Notes: a model not told the origin generated them from the sequence alone. Shown: positions 9,356-18,460, numbered from the stretch's first letter. The stretch is 64,000 bases of DNA from Rhodobacterales bacterium (GCA_048007995.1 CP180347.1:289014-353013); one strand, 5' to 3'. A program made the numbers and translations.

Positions 9356-10366
9356 ATGGCGGATGTGCTGACCTTCACCGAAAGCGGGATCTACTGCCCC
9401 GCGGGCGATTTCTACATCGACCCCTGGCGCCGTGTGCCACGGGCGCTGATCACCCACGCGCATAGCGATCACGCGCGCTGGGGGATGGACAGCTATCTCG
9501 CCACCCCCACCACCGCCGCGGTGATGCGGCACCGGCTGGGCGATATCGCCGTGCAGACGATTGCCTATGACAGCGCCCTGCGCATCGGGGATGCAGTGGT
9601 GTCCTTCCACCCCGCGGGCCATGTGCCGGGATCGGCGCAGATCAGGGTGGCGGTCAAAGGGCAGGTCTGGGTCGTCTCGGGCGATTACAAAACGGTGGAT
9701 GACGGGCTGTCGGAACCCTTTGCCCCCGTTCCCTGCCATGCGTTCATCAGCGAATGCACCTTCGGACTGCCGGTTTTCAACTGGACGCCGCAGGATGTAC
9801 TGCGCGACCAGATCAACCGCTGGTGGGCCGAAAGTGCCGCTGCAGGCAAGACCGCGATCCTTGGGGCCTATGCCTTGGGCAAGGCGCAAAGGCTCTTGCG
9901 CCTGCTCGACACGGACATCGGCCCAATCTTGACGCATGGGGCGGTGGAAAACACCAACGAGGTCTTGCGCGGCATCGGCATCCCCCTGCCCGCCACGACC
10001 CGCGCCGATGCTGCCATCACCGGCAAAACCCACCCCGGCGCTTTGGTGCTGGCGACACCTGCCGCGCTTGGCACGCCCTGGGCGCGGCGGTTCGGGCCGT
10101 CCTCGACCGCCTTTGCCAGCGGCTGGATGGCCCTGCGCGGCGTGCGGCGCAGGCGGGCGGCGGACCGAGGGTTCATCGTATCGGACCATGCCGATTGGGC
10201 CGGGCTGAACGCGGCGATCACCGCGACGGGGGCAGAGAAAATCTTTGTCACCCATGGCTATACCACCGCCTTTCAGCAATGGCTGCGCGATCAGGGCCAT
10301 GACGCCCATACCGTCAGCACGGATTATCAGGGCGAAGGGTTCGAAAGCGGCGAGGATGCGGCATGA
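9356..10366 (+). CDS. Ligase-associated DNA damage response exonuclease (metallo-beta-lactamase/beta-CASP-like)
   Basis: GDFYIDPW, ITHAHSDHAR, PAGHVPGSAQ, ISECTFGLP, SDHADW motifs. Confidence 0.93.
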   Translation: MADVLTFTESGIYCPAGDFYIDPWRRVPRALITHAHSDHARWGMDSYLATPTTAAVMRHRLGDIAVQTIAYDSALRIGDAVVSFHPAGHVPGSAQIRVAVKGQVWVVSGDYKTVDDGLSEPFAPVPCHAFISECTFGLPVFNWTPQDVLRDQINRWWAESAAAGKTAILGAYALGKAQRLLRLLDTDIGPILTHGAVENTNEVLRGIGIPLPATTRADAAITGKTHPGALVLATPAALGTPWARRFGPSSTAFASGWMALRGVRRRRAADRGFIVSDHADWAGLNAAITATGAEKIFVTHGYTTAFQQWLRDQGHDAHTVSTDYQGEGFESGEDAA

Positions 10367-11952
10367 AAGCCTTTGCCGCCCTGTTCGCGCAACTCGACGA
10401 AAGCACCAAGACCAGCGTCAAGGTCGCGGCGCTGGCCGATTATTTCCGCACCGCGCCTGACAGCGACAAACTCTGGACCACCGCCCTGTTCACCGGACGC
10501 AGACCGAAACGGGTGATCACGGCCGCCAAATTGCGCCTCTGGGCGGCAGAGGTGGCAGGCCTGCCCGACTGGCTGTTCGAGGAAAGCTATAGCATCGTGG
10601 GCGATCTGGCCGAAACCATCGCACTCGTGCTGCCACCGCCGTGTGCGACCAGCGACGAAAGCCTGACCGACTGGATCATGCATCTGCGCGCCTTGGGCAT
10701 GCAGGATGACGACGCGCGCAAGGCCGGCATCATCGCTGCATGGGACCGGCTGCCGCCTGCGGAACGGTTCCTGTTTACCAAGCTCTTGACGGGCGGTTTG
10801 CGCATCGGGGTCAGCGCGAAACTGATGACCCGGGCGCTGGCACAGGCGACAGGCCAGCCGGAACCGGAGCTGACCCATAAACTGATGGGCAACTGGACGC
10901 CCGACAGCGTCACATGGGCCAGCCTGATCGAGGCGGATGATCCCGGCACCGACGCGTCGCGCCCTTATCCGTTCTATCTGGCTTACGGCTTGGAAGATCT
11001 GGCTGCCCTCGGCCCGCCTGCCGATTGGTCGGCGGAACGCAAATGGGACGGGATCAGGGGGCAGTTCATCCTGCGCGGCGGCAGCCATTACCTGTGGTCG
11101 CGCGGCGAAGACCTGATGACCGACCGCTTTCCCGAGCTTGCCCAGCTTTGCGACGCCCTGCCCGACGGCACCGTGATCGATGGCGAGGTGCTGGCCTTTG
11201 CGGGTGATGCCCCCCTGCCCTTTGCCGCTTTGCAAAAACGCATCGGGCGGAAAACAGTACCGCGCAAATTGTTGGCCGAGGCCCCCGTGATCCTGATGGC
11301 CTATGACCTGCTGGAACAGGACGGGCGCGACATACGCGCCTTGCCCTTTGCAGACAGACGCGCGGCCTTGGCGGGGCTCGTTGCGCGGGTGTCCACCCGC
11401 GCGCCCCTGCGGTTGTCACCGCAGGTGACGTTCAGCACCTGGGACGATCTGGCCGCCGCACGCAGCCAGTCGCGGGATGTGGGGGCCGAAGGGCTGATGC
11501 TCAAACGCCACGACAGCCCCTATCTGGCCGGGCGCAAGAAAGGTGATTGGTGGAAATGGAAGGTCGATCCGCTGACCATTGATGCCGTGATGATCTATGC
11601 GCAATCGGGCAGCGGGCGGCGGGCCAATCTGTTCACCGATTACACCTTTGCCGTGCGCGATGGCGATGCAATGGTCCCCTTCACCAAAGCCTATTCCGGC
11701 CTGACCGATGCCGAATTCCGCCACATCACTGCTTGGGTGCGCAAGAACACATTGCAAAAATTCGGCCCCGTCCGGCAGGTGCCGCCCGTGCATGTGTTCG
11801 AGATCGCCTTTGAAGGGATCAACGCAAGCCCGCGGCACAAGTCAGGTGTTGCCTTGCGGTTTCCGCGGATGCTGCGCTGGCGGCAGGACAAACCCCTGGC
11901 CGAGGCCAATACGCTCGACGATCTGCGCGAAATGCTGCGGCTTTACGGCTGA
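10363..11952 (+). CDS. ATP-dependent DNA ligase (DNA-damage-response type)
   Basis: Adenylation motif KWDGIR, IDGE, EGLMLK, WWKWK, SGVALRFPR; ATGA overlap with the exonuclease gene. Confidence 0.93.
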   Translation: MKAFAALFAQLDESTKTSVKVAALADYFRTAPDSDKLWTTALFTGRRPKRVITAAKLRLWAAEVAGLPDWLFEESYSIVGDLAETIALVLPPPCATSDESLTDWIMHLRALGMQDDDARKAGIIAAWDRLPPAERFLFTKLLTGGLRIGVSAKLMTRALAQATGQPEPELTHKLMGNWTPDSVTWASLIEADDPGTDASRPYPFYLAYGLEDLAALGPPADWSAERKWDGIRGQFILRGGSHYLWSRGEDLMTDRFPELAQLCDALPDGTVIDGEVLAFAGDAPLPFAALQKRIGRKTVPRKLLAEAPVILMAYDLLEQDGRDIRALPFADRRAALAGLVARVSTRAPLRLSPQVTFSTWDDLAAARSQSRDVGAEGLMLKRHDSPYLAGRKKGDWWKWKVDPLTIDAVMIYAQSGSGRRANLFTDYTFAVRDGDAMVPFTKAYSGLTDAEFRHITAWVRKNTLQKFGPVRQVPPVHVFEIAFEGINASPRHKSGVALRFPRMLRWRQDKPLAEANTLDDLREMLRLYG

Positions 11953-12015
11953 CAGGGTTCCCTGCGCCAGTGCGACACCCTAAGTAGTGGATCAAACAGC
12001 AATGAAAGCCGCCCC

Positions 12016-13821
12016 ATGCAGAACCCCGTCTTTGATGCCAATACCTCTGGCAAGAACGCTTTTGGCGATCTGCCCGAATGGGACCTGACCGACCTTTACC
12101 CCAGCCCCGACAGCCCCGAGATCACCCGCGACATGGCCTGGCTGGAAACCGAATGCGCGGCCTTTGCCGCCGATTACGAAGGCAAGCTGGCCACGCTGGA
12201 TGCGGCAGGGCTGCTGCGCGCGGTCCAGCGCTATGAACAGATCGACGTGATCGCGGGGCGGATCATGTCCTTTGCGGGTCTGCGCTATTACCAGATCACC
12301 ACCGACAGCGATCGCGCCAAGTTCATGGCCGATTGTCAGGACAAGATCACCCGTTTCACCACGCCGCTGGTGTTTTACGGGCTGGAGTTCAACCGGCTGG
12401 ACGACGCGCATCTGGCGGGTCTTTTGGCCGCCAATGCCGATCTGGCGCGCTATAAACCCGTATTCGACCGGATGCGCGCGATGAAGCCGCATCAATTATC
12501 CGACGAGCTGGAAAAATTCCTGCATGACCAATCAACCGTCGGGGCTGCTGCGTGGAACCGGCTGTTCGATGAAACCATGGCGGGGCTTGAATTCGTCGTG
12601 GATGGCGATGTGCTGGGCCTTGAAGGCACGCTGAACCTTTTGACCGACCCCGACCGCGCCAAGCGCGAGGCTGCGACCCATGCGTTGACAGCGGTTTTCC
12701 GTGAAAACATCAAGATCTTTGCCCGTGTCCACAACACGCTGGCCAAGGAAAAGGAAATCCACGACCGCTGGCGCAAGATGCCCAGCCCGCAGGCCGCGCG
12801 CCATCTGGCCAACCATGTCGAACCCGAAGTGGTCGAGGCCCTGCGCAACGCCGTCGTTGCGGCTTATCCGCGCCTGTCGCACCGGTACTATGCGCTGAAG
12901 GCGAAATGGCTTGGGCTGGAGCGGATGCAGGTCTGGGACCGCAACGCGCCTTTGCCGATGGACCAGACCCGCGTGATCGGCTGGATTGAGGCCCGCGACA
13001 CGGTGCTGACCGCCTATGCGGGGTTCGATCCGCGCATGGCCGAAATCGCAGGCCGGTTTTTCGACAAAGGCTGGATTGATGCCGCGACAAAACCCGGCAA
13101 AGCGCCCGGTGCCTTTGCGCATCCCACGGTGACGCCGGTGCATCCTTATGTGATGCTGAACTACCTTGGCAAACCGCGTGATGTGATGACGCTGGCGCAT
13201 GAATTGGGGCATGGCGTGCATCAGGTGCTGGCCGCCGAACAGGGCGAATTGCTGTCATCCACCCCGCTGACGCTGGCCGAAACGGCATCTGTTTTTGGCG
13301 AGATGCTGACCTTTCGGCAGCTTTTGGACAATGCCAAGACGCCGCAGGACCGCAAGGTGCTGCTGGCCGGCAAGGTCGAAGATATGATCAACACGGTCGT
13401 GCGCCAGATCGCGTTTTATGATTTCGAATGCAAGCTGCATGCGGCCCGCGCGACAGGCGAACTGACCCCGGATGACATCAACGCGCTGTGGATGTCGGTG
13501 CAGGCCGAAAGCCTTGGGCCGGTGTTCGATTTCACGGATGGGTACGAGACCTTCTGGGCCTATATCCCGCATTTCGTGCATTCGCCATTCTACGTCTATG
13601 CCTATGCGTTTGGCGACGGGTTGGTGAATGCGCTTTACGCCGTTTTCGAGGAAGGCGATGCCGATTTCCGTGACAAATATTTCGCGATGCTGCGCGCGGG
13701 CGGGTCCAAACATCACAAGGAGCTGCTGGCCCCGTTCGGGCTGGATGCCTCGGACCCTGCCTTCTGGGACAAGGGGCTGGCGCTGATCGAAAGCATGATC
13801 GACGAGCTCGAGGCGCTGTAG
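12016..13821 (+). CDS. pepF: M3 family oligoendopeptidase F
   Basis: LPEWDLTDLY, GKAPGAFAHPT, zinc motif HELGHGVH, LAETASVFGE, HSPFYVYAYAFG. Confidence 0.93.
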   Translation: MQNPVFDANTSGKNAFGDLPEWDLTDLYPSPDSPEITRDMAWLETECAAFAADYEGKLATLDAAGLLRAVQRYEQIDVIAGRIMSFAGLRYYQITTDSDRAKFMADCQDKITRFTTPLVFYGLEFNRLDDAHLAGLLAANADLARYKPVFDRMRAMKPHQLSDELEKFLHDQSTVGAAAWNRLFDETMAGLEFVVDGDVLGLEGTLNLLTDPDRAKREAATHALTAVFRENIKIFARVHNTLAKEKEIHDRWRKMPSPQAARHLANHVEPEVVEALRNAVVAAYPRLSHRYYALKAKWLGLERMQVWDRNAPLPMDQTRVIGWIEARDTVLTAYAGFDPRMAEIAGRFFDKGWIDAATKPGKAPGAFAHPTVTPVHPYVMLNYLGKPRDVMTLAHELGHGVHQVLAAEQGELLSSTPLTLAETASVFGEMLTFRQLLDNAKTPQDRKVLLAGKVEDMINTVVRQIAFYDFECKLHAARATGELTPDDINALWMSVQAESLGPVFDFTDGYETFWAYIPHFVHSPFYVYAYAFGDGLVNALYAVFEEGDADFRDKYFAMLRAGGSKHHKELLAPFGLDASDPAFWDKGLALIESMIDELEAL

Positions 13822-13828
13822 TGCCACC

Positions 13829-13863
13829 GCCTCCGGCGGGGGAGTATTTTTAGAAATAAGAAG
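13829..13863 (-). repeat. Dispersed intergenic repeat, copy B
   Basis: Reverse complement CTTCTTATTTCTAAAAATACTCCCCCGCCGGAGGC, between convergent pepF and oxidoreductase genes. Confidence 0.85.
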
Positions 13864-13878
13864 TTGGGTGGCGCGTGG

Positions 13879-14853
13879 TTAACGCCGCGCGCCCGCCGCA
13901 AAGACCATGTCCATCATCGCCTGCGTGCCGCGTGAAAATTCCAGCGCGCAGGGATAGGGGGCGGCGCTGCGCAGCGTCCGGCCAAAGTTTTCGACTTGCA
14001 GGATATACTGGTTCACGCCGGGCCAGCGTTCGGTGATTGTGCTGGTCCCGTCAGTTTCCAGCGTCAGTTGCGCCATGTCGAAGACATTGGCGTTGAATGG
14101 GCAGGTCAGGCGCAGAATACCCTTGTCACCGTGAAAGGTGATCTGCTGGCGCGGATGCATCCGCATCGAGACAATGGCGGAATAGGTGAAGTCGGGAAAA
14201 CGCGCGGCGACCTGCGCGAAGACATCGACATCATTTTCCAGCCGCAGATCGGCATGGGCGATGGCATCGGGTTCCTGTCCTGTCACGAAACGGGCGGCAC
14301 CAAAGGTGTAAACGCCAATATCGCGCAGCGCGCCGCCTGCGGTTTCAGGCCGGTTGCGGATATTGGTCACATCATCCGCGTTGTTATAGGTAAAGGTGGC
14401 ATCGACATGCACCAGCTTGCCGATCGCGCCTTGGGCATAAAGGGCGCGCGCGCGGGCGAATTGGGGGTGATGCACGATCATGAATGCTTCTGCCGCGAGC
14501 AGCCCCGCCGCATCGCGCGCGGCGATCAGCCGGTCATAATCCGCCGCCGCCAGCCCCATGGGTTTTTCGCACAACACGTGTTTGCCAGCGGCCAACGCCT
14601 TGAGCGACCAATCCACATGCAGATGATTGGGCAACGGGATATAGACCGCATCCACCGCCGGATCGGCCAAAAGCGCGTCATAGCTGTCATGCACAATGAC
14701 GTTCGGCGCGAAATCCGCGAAATGCGCCGCCTTGGCGGGGCTGGATGTGGCCAGCGCGTAAAGCTCGGCCCCTTTGGCGGCATGGATGGCGGGGCCCATG
14801 AAACGGCGGGCGAATTCGGCGGCACCCAGAATGCCCCAGCGGATTGGTGTCAT
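13879..14853 (-). CDS. Gfo/Idh/MocA family oxidoreductase
   Basis: [39 protein letters not shown]; second ATG chosen on RBS (GGGAG) spacing. Confidence 0.92.
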   Translation of the reverse strand: MTPIRWGILGAAEFARRFMGPAIHAAKGAELYALATSSPAKAAHFADFAPNVIVHDSYDALLADPAVDAVYIPLPNHLHVDWSLKALAAGKHVLCEKPMGLAAADYDRLIAARDAAGLLAAEAFMIVHHPQFARARALYAQGAIGKLVHVDATFTYNNADDVTNIRNRPETAGGALRDIGVYTFGAARFVTGQEPDAIAHADLRLENDVDVFAQVAARFPDFTYSAIVSMRMHPRQQITFHGDKGILRLTCPFNANVFDMAQLTLETDGTSTITERWPGVNQYILQVENFGRTLRSAAPYPCALEFSRGTQAMMDMVFAAGARR

Positions 14854-14915
14854 GGTCATCTCCCTTTTCAGAATGGTAGCGCTATCATCCGGCCGCCGCC
14901 ACGCCCCTTTCCCAT

Positions 14916-14945
14916 CTTCAGAGAAAAAATATCCCCGCCGGAGGC
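14916..14945 (+). repeat. Dispersed intergenic repeat, copy C
   Basis: CTTCAGAGAAAAAATATCCCCGCCGGAGGC; inverted relative to copy B. Confidence 0.8.
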
Positions 14946-14983
14946 TCCGACGGGGATCACAGGGAGACGGGTCGCGGAAAAGC

Positions 14984-15880
14984 TCAGGCGCTTTCCAGCA
15001 TGCCTTTTTCGCGCGCCAGCTGGGTCATGCGCGATTGCAGCTTTTCAAACGCCCGCACTTCGATCTGACGGATTCGTTCGCGGCTGACCTCGTAGCGCGC
15101 GCTTAGATCTTCGAGGGTGACAGTTTCATCCGTCAACCGGCGCTGCACCAGAATGTCCTTTTCGCGGTCGTTCAGCACGGTCATGGCTTCGGCCAGCAGG
15201 GCGCGGCGCGCGTCGAGTTCGTCATGTTCTTCGTAATCGGCGGCGGTATTGGCGCTATCGTCTTCGAGCCAGTCCTGCCACTGCATCGATCCTTCACCGT
15301 CCGAGCCGATCTGCGCGTTCAGCGAGGCATCGCCCCCCGACAGGCGCCGGTTCATCGAGATCACCTCGTCCTCGGTCACGCCCAGATCATTGGCGATCTG
15401 TTTGACGTTCTCGGGGCGCAAATCGCCTTCTTCCAGCGCGCCAATGCGGTTCTTTGCCTTGCGCAGGTTGAAAAACAGTTTCTTCTGCGCCGATGTCGTG
15501 CCCATTTTCACCAGCGACCAGGACCGCAGGATATATTCCTGGATCGAGGCGCGGATCCACCACATCGCATAAGTCGCCAGGCGGAAACCCTTTTCGGGGT
15601 CGAACCGTTTGACCGCCTGCATCAGGCCCACATTCGCCTCCGATATCACCTCGGCTTGCGGCAGGCCGTAGCCGCGATAACCCATGGCGATTTTGGCAGC
15701 CAGTCGCAGGTGCGATGTCACCATCTTATGCGCGGCTTCGGTGTCTTCGTGGTCCACCCAGCGTTTGGCCAGCATGTATTCTTCTTCGGGTTCCAGCATC
15801 GGGAACTTGCGGATTTCCTGCATATAGCGGTTCAATCCGCCTTCCGGGGTTGGTGCGGGAAGATTTTTATAGTCGCTCAC
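14984..15880 (-). CDS. rpoH: RNA polymerase sigma factor RpoH (sigma32), probably the RpoH1 paralog
   Basis: RpoH box [19 protein letters not shown]; GTG start at 15880 with RBS GGAGGG 7 nt upstream. Confidence 0.96.
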   Translation of the reverse strand: MSDYKNLPAPTPEGGLNRYMQEIRKFPMLEPEEEYMLAKRWVDHEDTEAAHKMVTSHLRLAAKIAMGYRGYGLPQAEVISEANVGLMQAVKRFDPEKGFRLATYAMWWIRASIQEYILRSWSLVKMGTTSAQKKLFFNLRKAKNRIGALEEGDLRPENVKQIANDLGVTEDEVISMNRRLSGGDASLNAQIGSDGEGSMQWQDWLEDDSANTAADYEEHDELDARRALLAEAMTVLNDREKDILVQRRLTDETVTLEDLSARYEVSRERIRQIEVRAFEKLQSRMTQLAREKGMLESA

Positions 15881-15917
15881 TGTCGTGCCCTCCATTATGT
15901 ATAAAGGCTTAACATGG

Positions 15918-15945
15918 ATATGGTCGCGCTGCGGCCGTTTTCAAG
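15918..15945 (-). promoter_or_regulatory. Putative sigma32-dependent promoter of rpoH
   Basis: Minus strand CTTGAA-N16-CCATAT matches the heat-shock consensus. Confidence 0.65.
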
Positions 15946-15975
15946 TCTCAGTCTTTACATCTGGTCAACGCAATA

Positions 15976-15991
15976 TGAACCATTCGGTTCA
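15976..15991. promoter_or_regulatory. Operator-like palindrome upstream of rpoH
   Basis: Perfect TGAACC-ATTC-GGTTCA. Confidence 0.4.
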
Positions 15992-16040
15992 GTTTTGCGA
16001 GTGGCCTTTATGTGCGCTCACGCAGATGGGATAGCGTATT

Positions 16041-17090
16041 TCAGACCGGCGCGCCCATTGCGGCCAGCAGGGCCTGCATATCGGCGGGCAAAGGTGCTGA
16101 AAATTCAAGGAATTCTTCGGTCACCGGATGCACGAAACCCAAGGTCGCGGCATGCAGCGCCTGACGCGGAAAGGCGGCGACGGCGTCGACGCCGGCCTCG
16201 CCCAATGCCTTGGGCGACATCTTGCGCCGGCTGCCATAGGTCGGATCGCCGATCAGCGCATGGCCGCAATGGGCCAGATGCACGCGGATCTGGTGGGTGC
16301 GGCCGGTTTCCAGCCAGCATTCGACCAGCGCCGCAACAGGCATTGCGCCCAAAGCGGAAAGGATTCGGACCCGTGTCACCGCATGCCGCCCGGCGGTAAA
16401 GGACACCGCCTGCCGCTGCCTGTCGGTGCGGTGCCGGCCCAACTGGGTCTGGATTTTCAGGATGTTGCCGGGTTCAAAGGACGTGCCCTTGATGCCGCGC
16501 AGGCGCGGATCGTTCGCTTCGGGGACGCCATAGCAGACAGCGATATAGCGCCGTTCCACCGTGTGATCGGCGAATTGATCGGCCAGATGGTGATGCGCGC
16601 GGTCGGATTTGGCCACGACCAGCAGGCCCGACGTGTCCTTGTCGATCCTATGCACGATGCCGGGGCGTTTGAGGCCGCCCACACCCGACAGGCTGTCGCC
16701 GCAATGGTGGATCAGTGCGTTGACCAATGTGCCATCCGCCGTGCCGGGGGCAGGATGCACGACCATGCCGGCGGGTTTGTTGATGACGATCAGGTCGTCA
16801 TCCTCGAACACCACATCCAGCGTGATATCCTGCGCCCCGATATGGCTTTCGACGGCAGCGGCGACGGTGACGGCGACCTGCGCGCCCTCAGCGATGCGGA
16901 AACGCGGGTCGGTGACCACCTGCCCGTCCACGGCCACGGCGCCATCCGCGATAAGACGCGCCAGACGCGACCGGCTGAGCGCGGCGTCATCCGGCACGTC
17001 GCGGCCAAGCGCCTTGTCCAGCCGTGGCGGCGGGTTTTGGGCAATCGTGAATGTGATCAGGGTCGGCCCCATCAAGTTCTCCGTCATCAT
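16041..17090 (-). CDS. rluD: RluA-family 23S rRNA pseudouridine synthase (RluD-like)
   Basis: N-terminal S4 domain, INKPAGMVVHP, VHRIDKDTSG, LETGRTHQIRVH, QALHA. Start uncertain (17090, 17087 or 17072); the ORF-track extension runs through the tRNA and is spurious. Confidence 0.9.
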   Translation of the reverse strand: MMTENLMGPTLITFTIAQNPPPRLDKALGRDVPDDAALSRSRLARLIADGAVAVDGQVVTDPRFRIAEGAQVAVTVAAAVESHIGAQDITLDVVFEDDDLIVINKPAGMVVHPAPGTADGTLVNALIHHCGDSLSGVGGLKRPGIVHRIDKDTSGLLVVAKSDRAHHHLADQFADHTVERRYIAVCYGVPEANDPRLRGIKGTSFEPGNILKIQTQLGRHRTDRQRQAVSFTAGRHAVTRVRILSALGAMPVAALVECWLETGRTHQIRVHLAHCGHALIGDPTYGSRRKMSPKALGEAGVDAVAAFPRQALHAATLGFVHPVTEEFLEFSAPLPADMQALLAAMGAPV

Positions 17091-17109
17091 CTGCGGGCTG
17101 AAAAGGGGG

Positions 17110-17186
17110 TGGTACCACCTGCTGGTCTCGAACCAGCGACCTCTTGATCCACAATCAAGCGCTCTAACCAACTGAGCTAAGGCGGC
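17110..17186 (-). tRNA. tRNA-His (GTG)
   Basis: 77-nt cloverleaf GCCGCCT...CTTGA-TTGTGGA-TCAAG...TTCGAGA...AGGTGGT-A-CCA. Confidence 0.97.
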
Positions 17187-17196
17187 ACTGGCGCCG

Positions 17197-17225
17197 GATT
17201 TAGCCGCATGACCGCATGATTGCAA
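17197..17225 (-). promoter_or_regulatory. Putative sigma70 promoter of tRNA-His (and rluD)
   Basis: TTGCAA-N17-TAAATC; the -10 lacks the -7 T. Confidence 0.6.
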
Positions 17226-17310
17226 GGGCTAGTCACGGCTTTTCGCGCGCGGCACTTGCCAAGCGATCGCGCGGCGCTGTAGGCAGGCAAAAGACAGCAA
17301 GGAACAGATC

Positions 17311-17502
17311 ATGGGTATCAACAGCGAACGCGATATCGAGGCCAATATGCAGATCGGCCCGACCGAACTGGGCATGGTGCGCATTTTCATCGAGGCCGGC
17401 GACACAGAGATCCCGATGGATTTCGAACCCGAAGAGGCCGAGGAAATCGCTGACGAGATCCGCGCCGCAGCCCAAGCCGCCCGCGCCGTCAAAAAGCGCT
17501 GA
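17311..17502 (+). CDS. Small conserved protein (DUF6324-like)
   Basis: MGINSERDIEANMQIGPT..PMDFEPEEAEEIADEIRAAA; recognised from memory of roseobacter proteins. Confidence 0.75.
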   Translation: MGINSERDIEANMQIGPTELGMVRIFIEAGDTEIPMDFEPEEAEEIADEIRAAAQAARAVKKR

Positions 17503-17947
17503 CAAAGCCCGGATCGCGCGCCACTTGTGCGCGGATCGCGGCATGGCGCGCGAATTTCTGCGTCAGCAGCTTGCGCCTTGCGGGGGGCAAAGGCCGGTCC
17601 GGCCCCATCCGCAGAATTTCGGCGTCATAGCTGTCGGCGATGATCAGGCCCGTGTCATCGGGCAGCAATTCCAGCGGAAAAGCGGCATCTACCGCCCAGA
17701 AAAACCGGTCGCACCAGTCCAGATAGCCCTGCCATTTGCGGTCGGTCTGGAAATCGGCACGACTGGATTTGCATTCGATCACCCAGATTTCACCTTTCGG
17801 CCCCAGCGCCATGACATCGACGCGCAGCCCCGGTGTCGGCACCAGCTCTTCGACGCTGACGAAATCATGACCGCGCAGATGACGGCACACGCCACGGGCC
17901 AGAGTCTGGCCGGGCAGCAAGGCGGGGGATACGAAACCAGAGGACAT
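17489..17947 (-). CDS. mmcB: MmcB-family DNA repair nuclease (PD-(D/E)XK-like)
   Basis: LARGVCRHL, RVDVMALG, IECKSSRADFQTDRKWQGYLDWCDRFFW; upstream LexA box supports the call. Confidence 0.9.
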   Translation of the reverse strand: MSSGFVSPALLPGQTLARGVCRHLRGHDFVSVEELVPTPGLRVDVMALGPKGEIWVIECKSSRADFQTDRKWQGYLDWCDRFFWAVDAAFPLELLPDDTGLIIADSYDAEILRMGPDRPLPPARRKLLTQKFARHAAIRAQVARDPGFVSAF

Positions 17948-17953
17948 GGTGCG

Positions 17954-17982
17954 ATACTGAACAATAAGTGAACAAATTGCAA
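17954..17982 (-). promoter_or_regulatory. mmcB promoter with alphaproteobacterial LexA box in the spacer
   Basis: GAAC-N7-GAAC at 17959-17973, inside TTGCAA-N17-CAGTAT, which ends 6 nt before the ATG. Confidence 0.85.
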
Positions 17983-18101
17983 TCGGGGGCGGTGCAACAG
18001 CATGGTGGCGCGCCGGATTTCTGCGTCCGACAACCCGCCATCTTTATGATTTGGTCAGGTTTTACTGCGACATATGTTCCCGTCACGAAAGTAGGGCGGA
18101 C

Positions 18102-18248
18102 ATGTCTGCGATTGCCAGTATCACCTTTTTCGACATCTGCATGGCGCTGGTGACCATCGGTCTGGCCGAACGGGTCTTGCTGGGCTACGCGCCTGCGTCG
18201 ATGGTGGGCCGCAATGGCTGGTTGATGCGCGGCGATATCGAAGAATAA
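18102..18248 (+). CDS. Small (48 aa) membrane hypothetical protein
   Basis: Purine-rich stretch GTAGGGCGGA before ATG; one hydrophobic segment (FFDICMALVTIGLA). Confidence 0.5.
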   Translation: MSAIASITFFDICMALVTIGLAERVLLGYAPASMVGRNGWLMRGDIEE

Positions 18249-18317
18249 GATCATCCCACTTGTGGAACCCAGTGTTGCGCCCTAACTGTCTGTCAGACGG
18301 GTTTCTGCGCTGCATGT

Positions 18318-18452
18318 ATACCATCGGTACAAATCCAGTGGCCTTAAGCAACTCCGAGGGAGCTGGCTCTGTTCTGGCCCTGGTCAGTCTACCTGGCGCC
18401 CACCTGTAAAAACAGGTCCTCGGGATTAGCTACCGCTACGGCAGATGTGGTG
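18318..18452 (+). ncRNA. ssrS: Probable 6S RNA
   Basis: Long self-pairing rod: ACCA/TGGT, CGGTA/TACCG, AATCC/GGATT, GGCC/GGTC, then a central A-rich bubble (TTAAGCAACTCCGA / CACCTGTAAAAACA), then GGGAGC/GCGCCC. The GGGAGCTG and GGCGCCCACCTG words resemble alphaproteobacterial 6S RNAs as I recall them. Ends approximate. Confidence 0.7.
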
Positions 18453-18460
18453 CCCGTCGC

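Noticed and set aside
15898-15913. CtrA box at rpoH (TGTA-N7-TTAAC)
   Set aside because: Two mismatches in one half-site; too weak to call.
17091-17225. N-terminal extension of the rluD ORF
   Set aside because: It is the translation of tRNA-His and its promoter (ALAQLVRALDCGS).
18250-18460. tmRNA, RNase P RNA or SRP RNA as the identity of the structured gap
   Set aside because: No tag reading frame or acceptor end, no GAGGAAAGTCC and no TCAGGTCCGGAAGGAAGCAG; the rod-plus-bubble fold fits 6S better.
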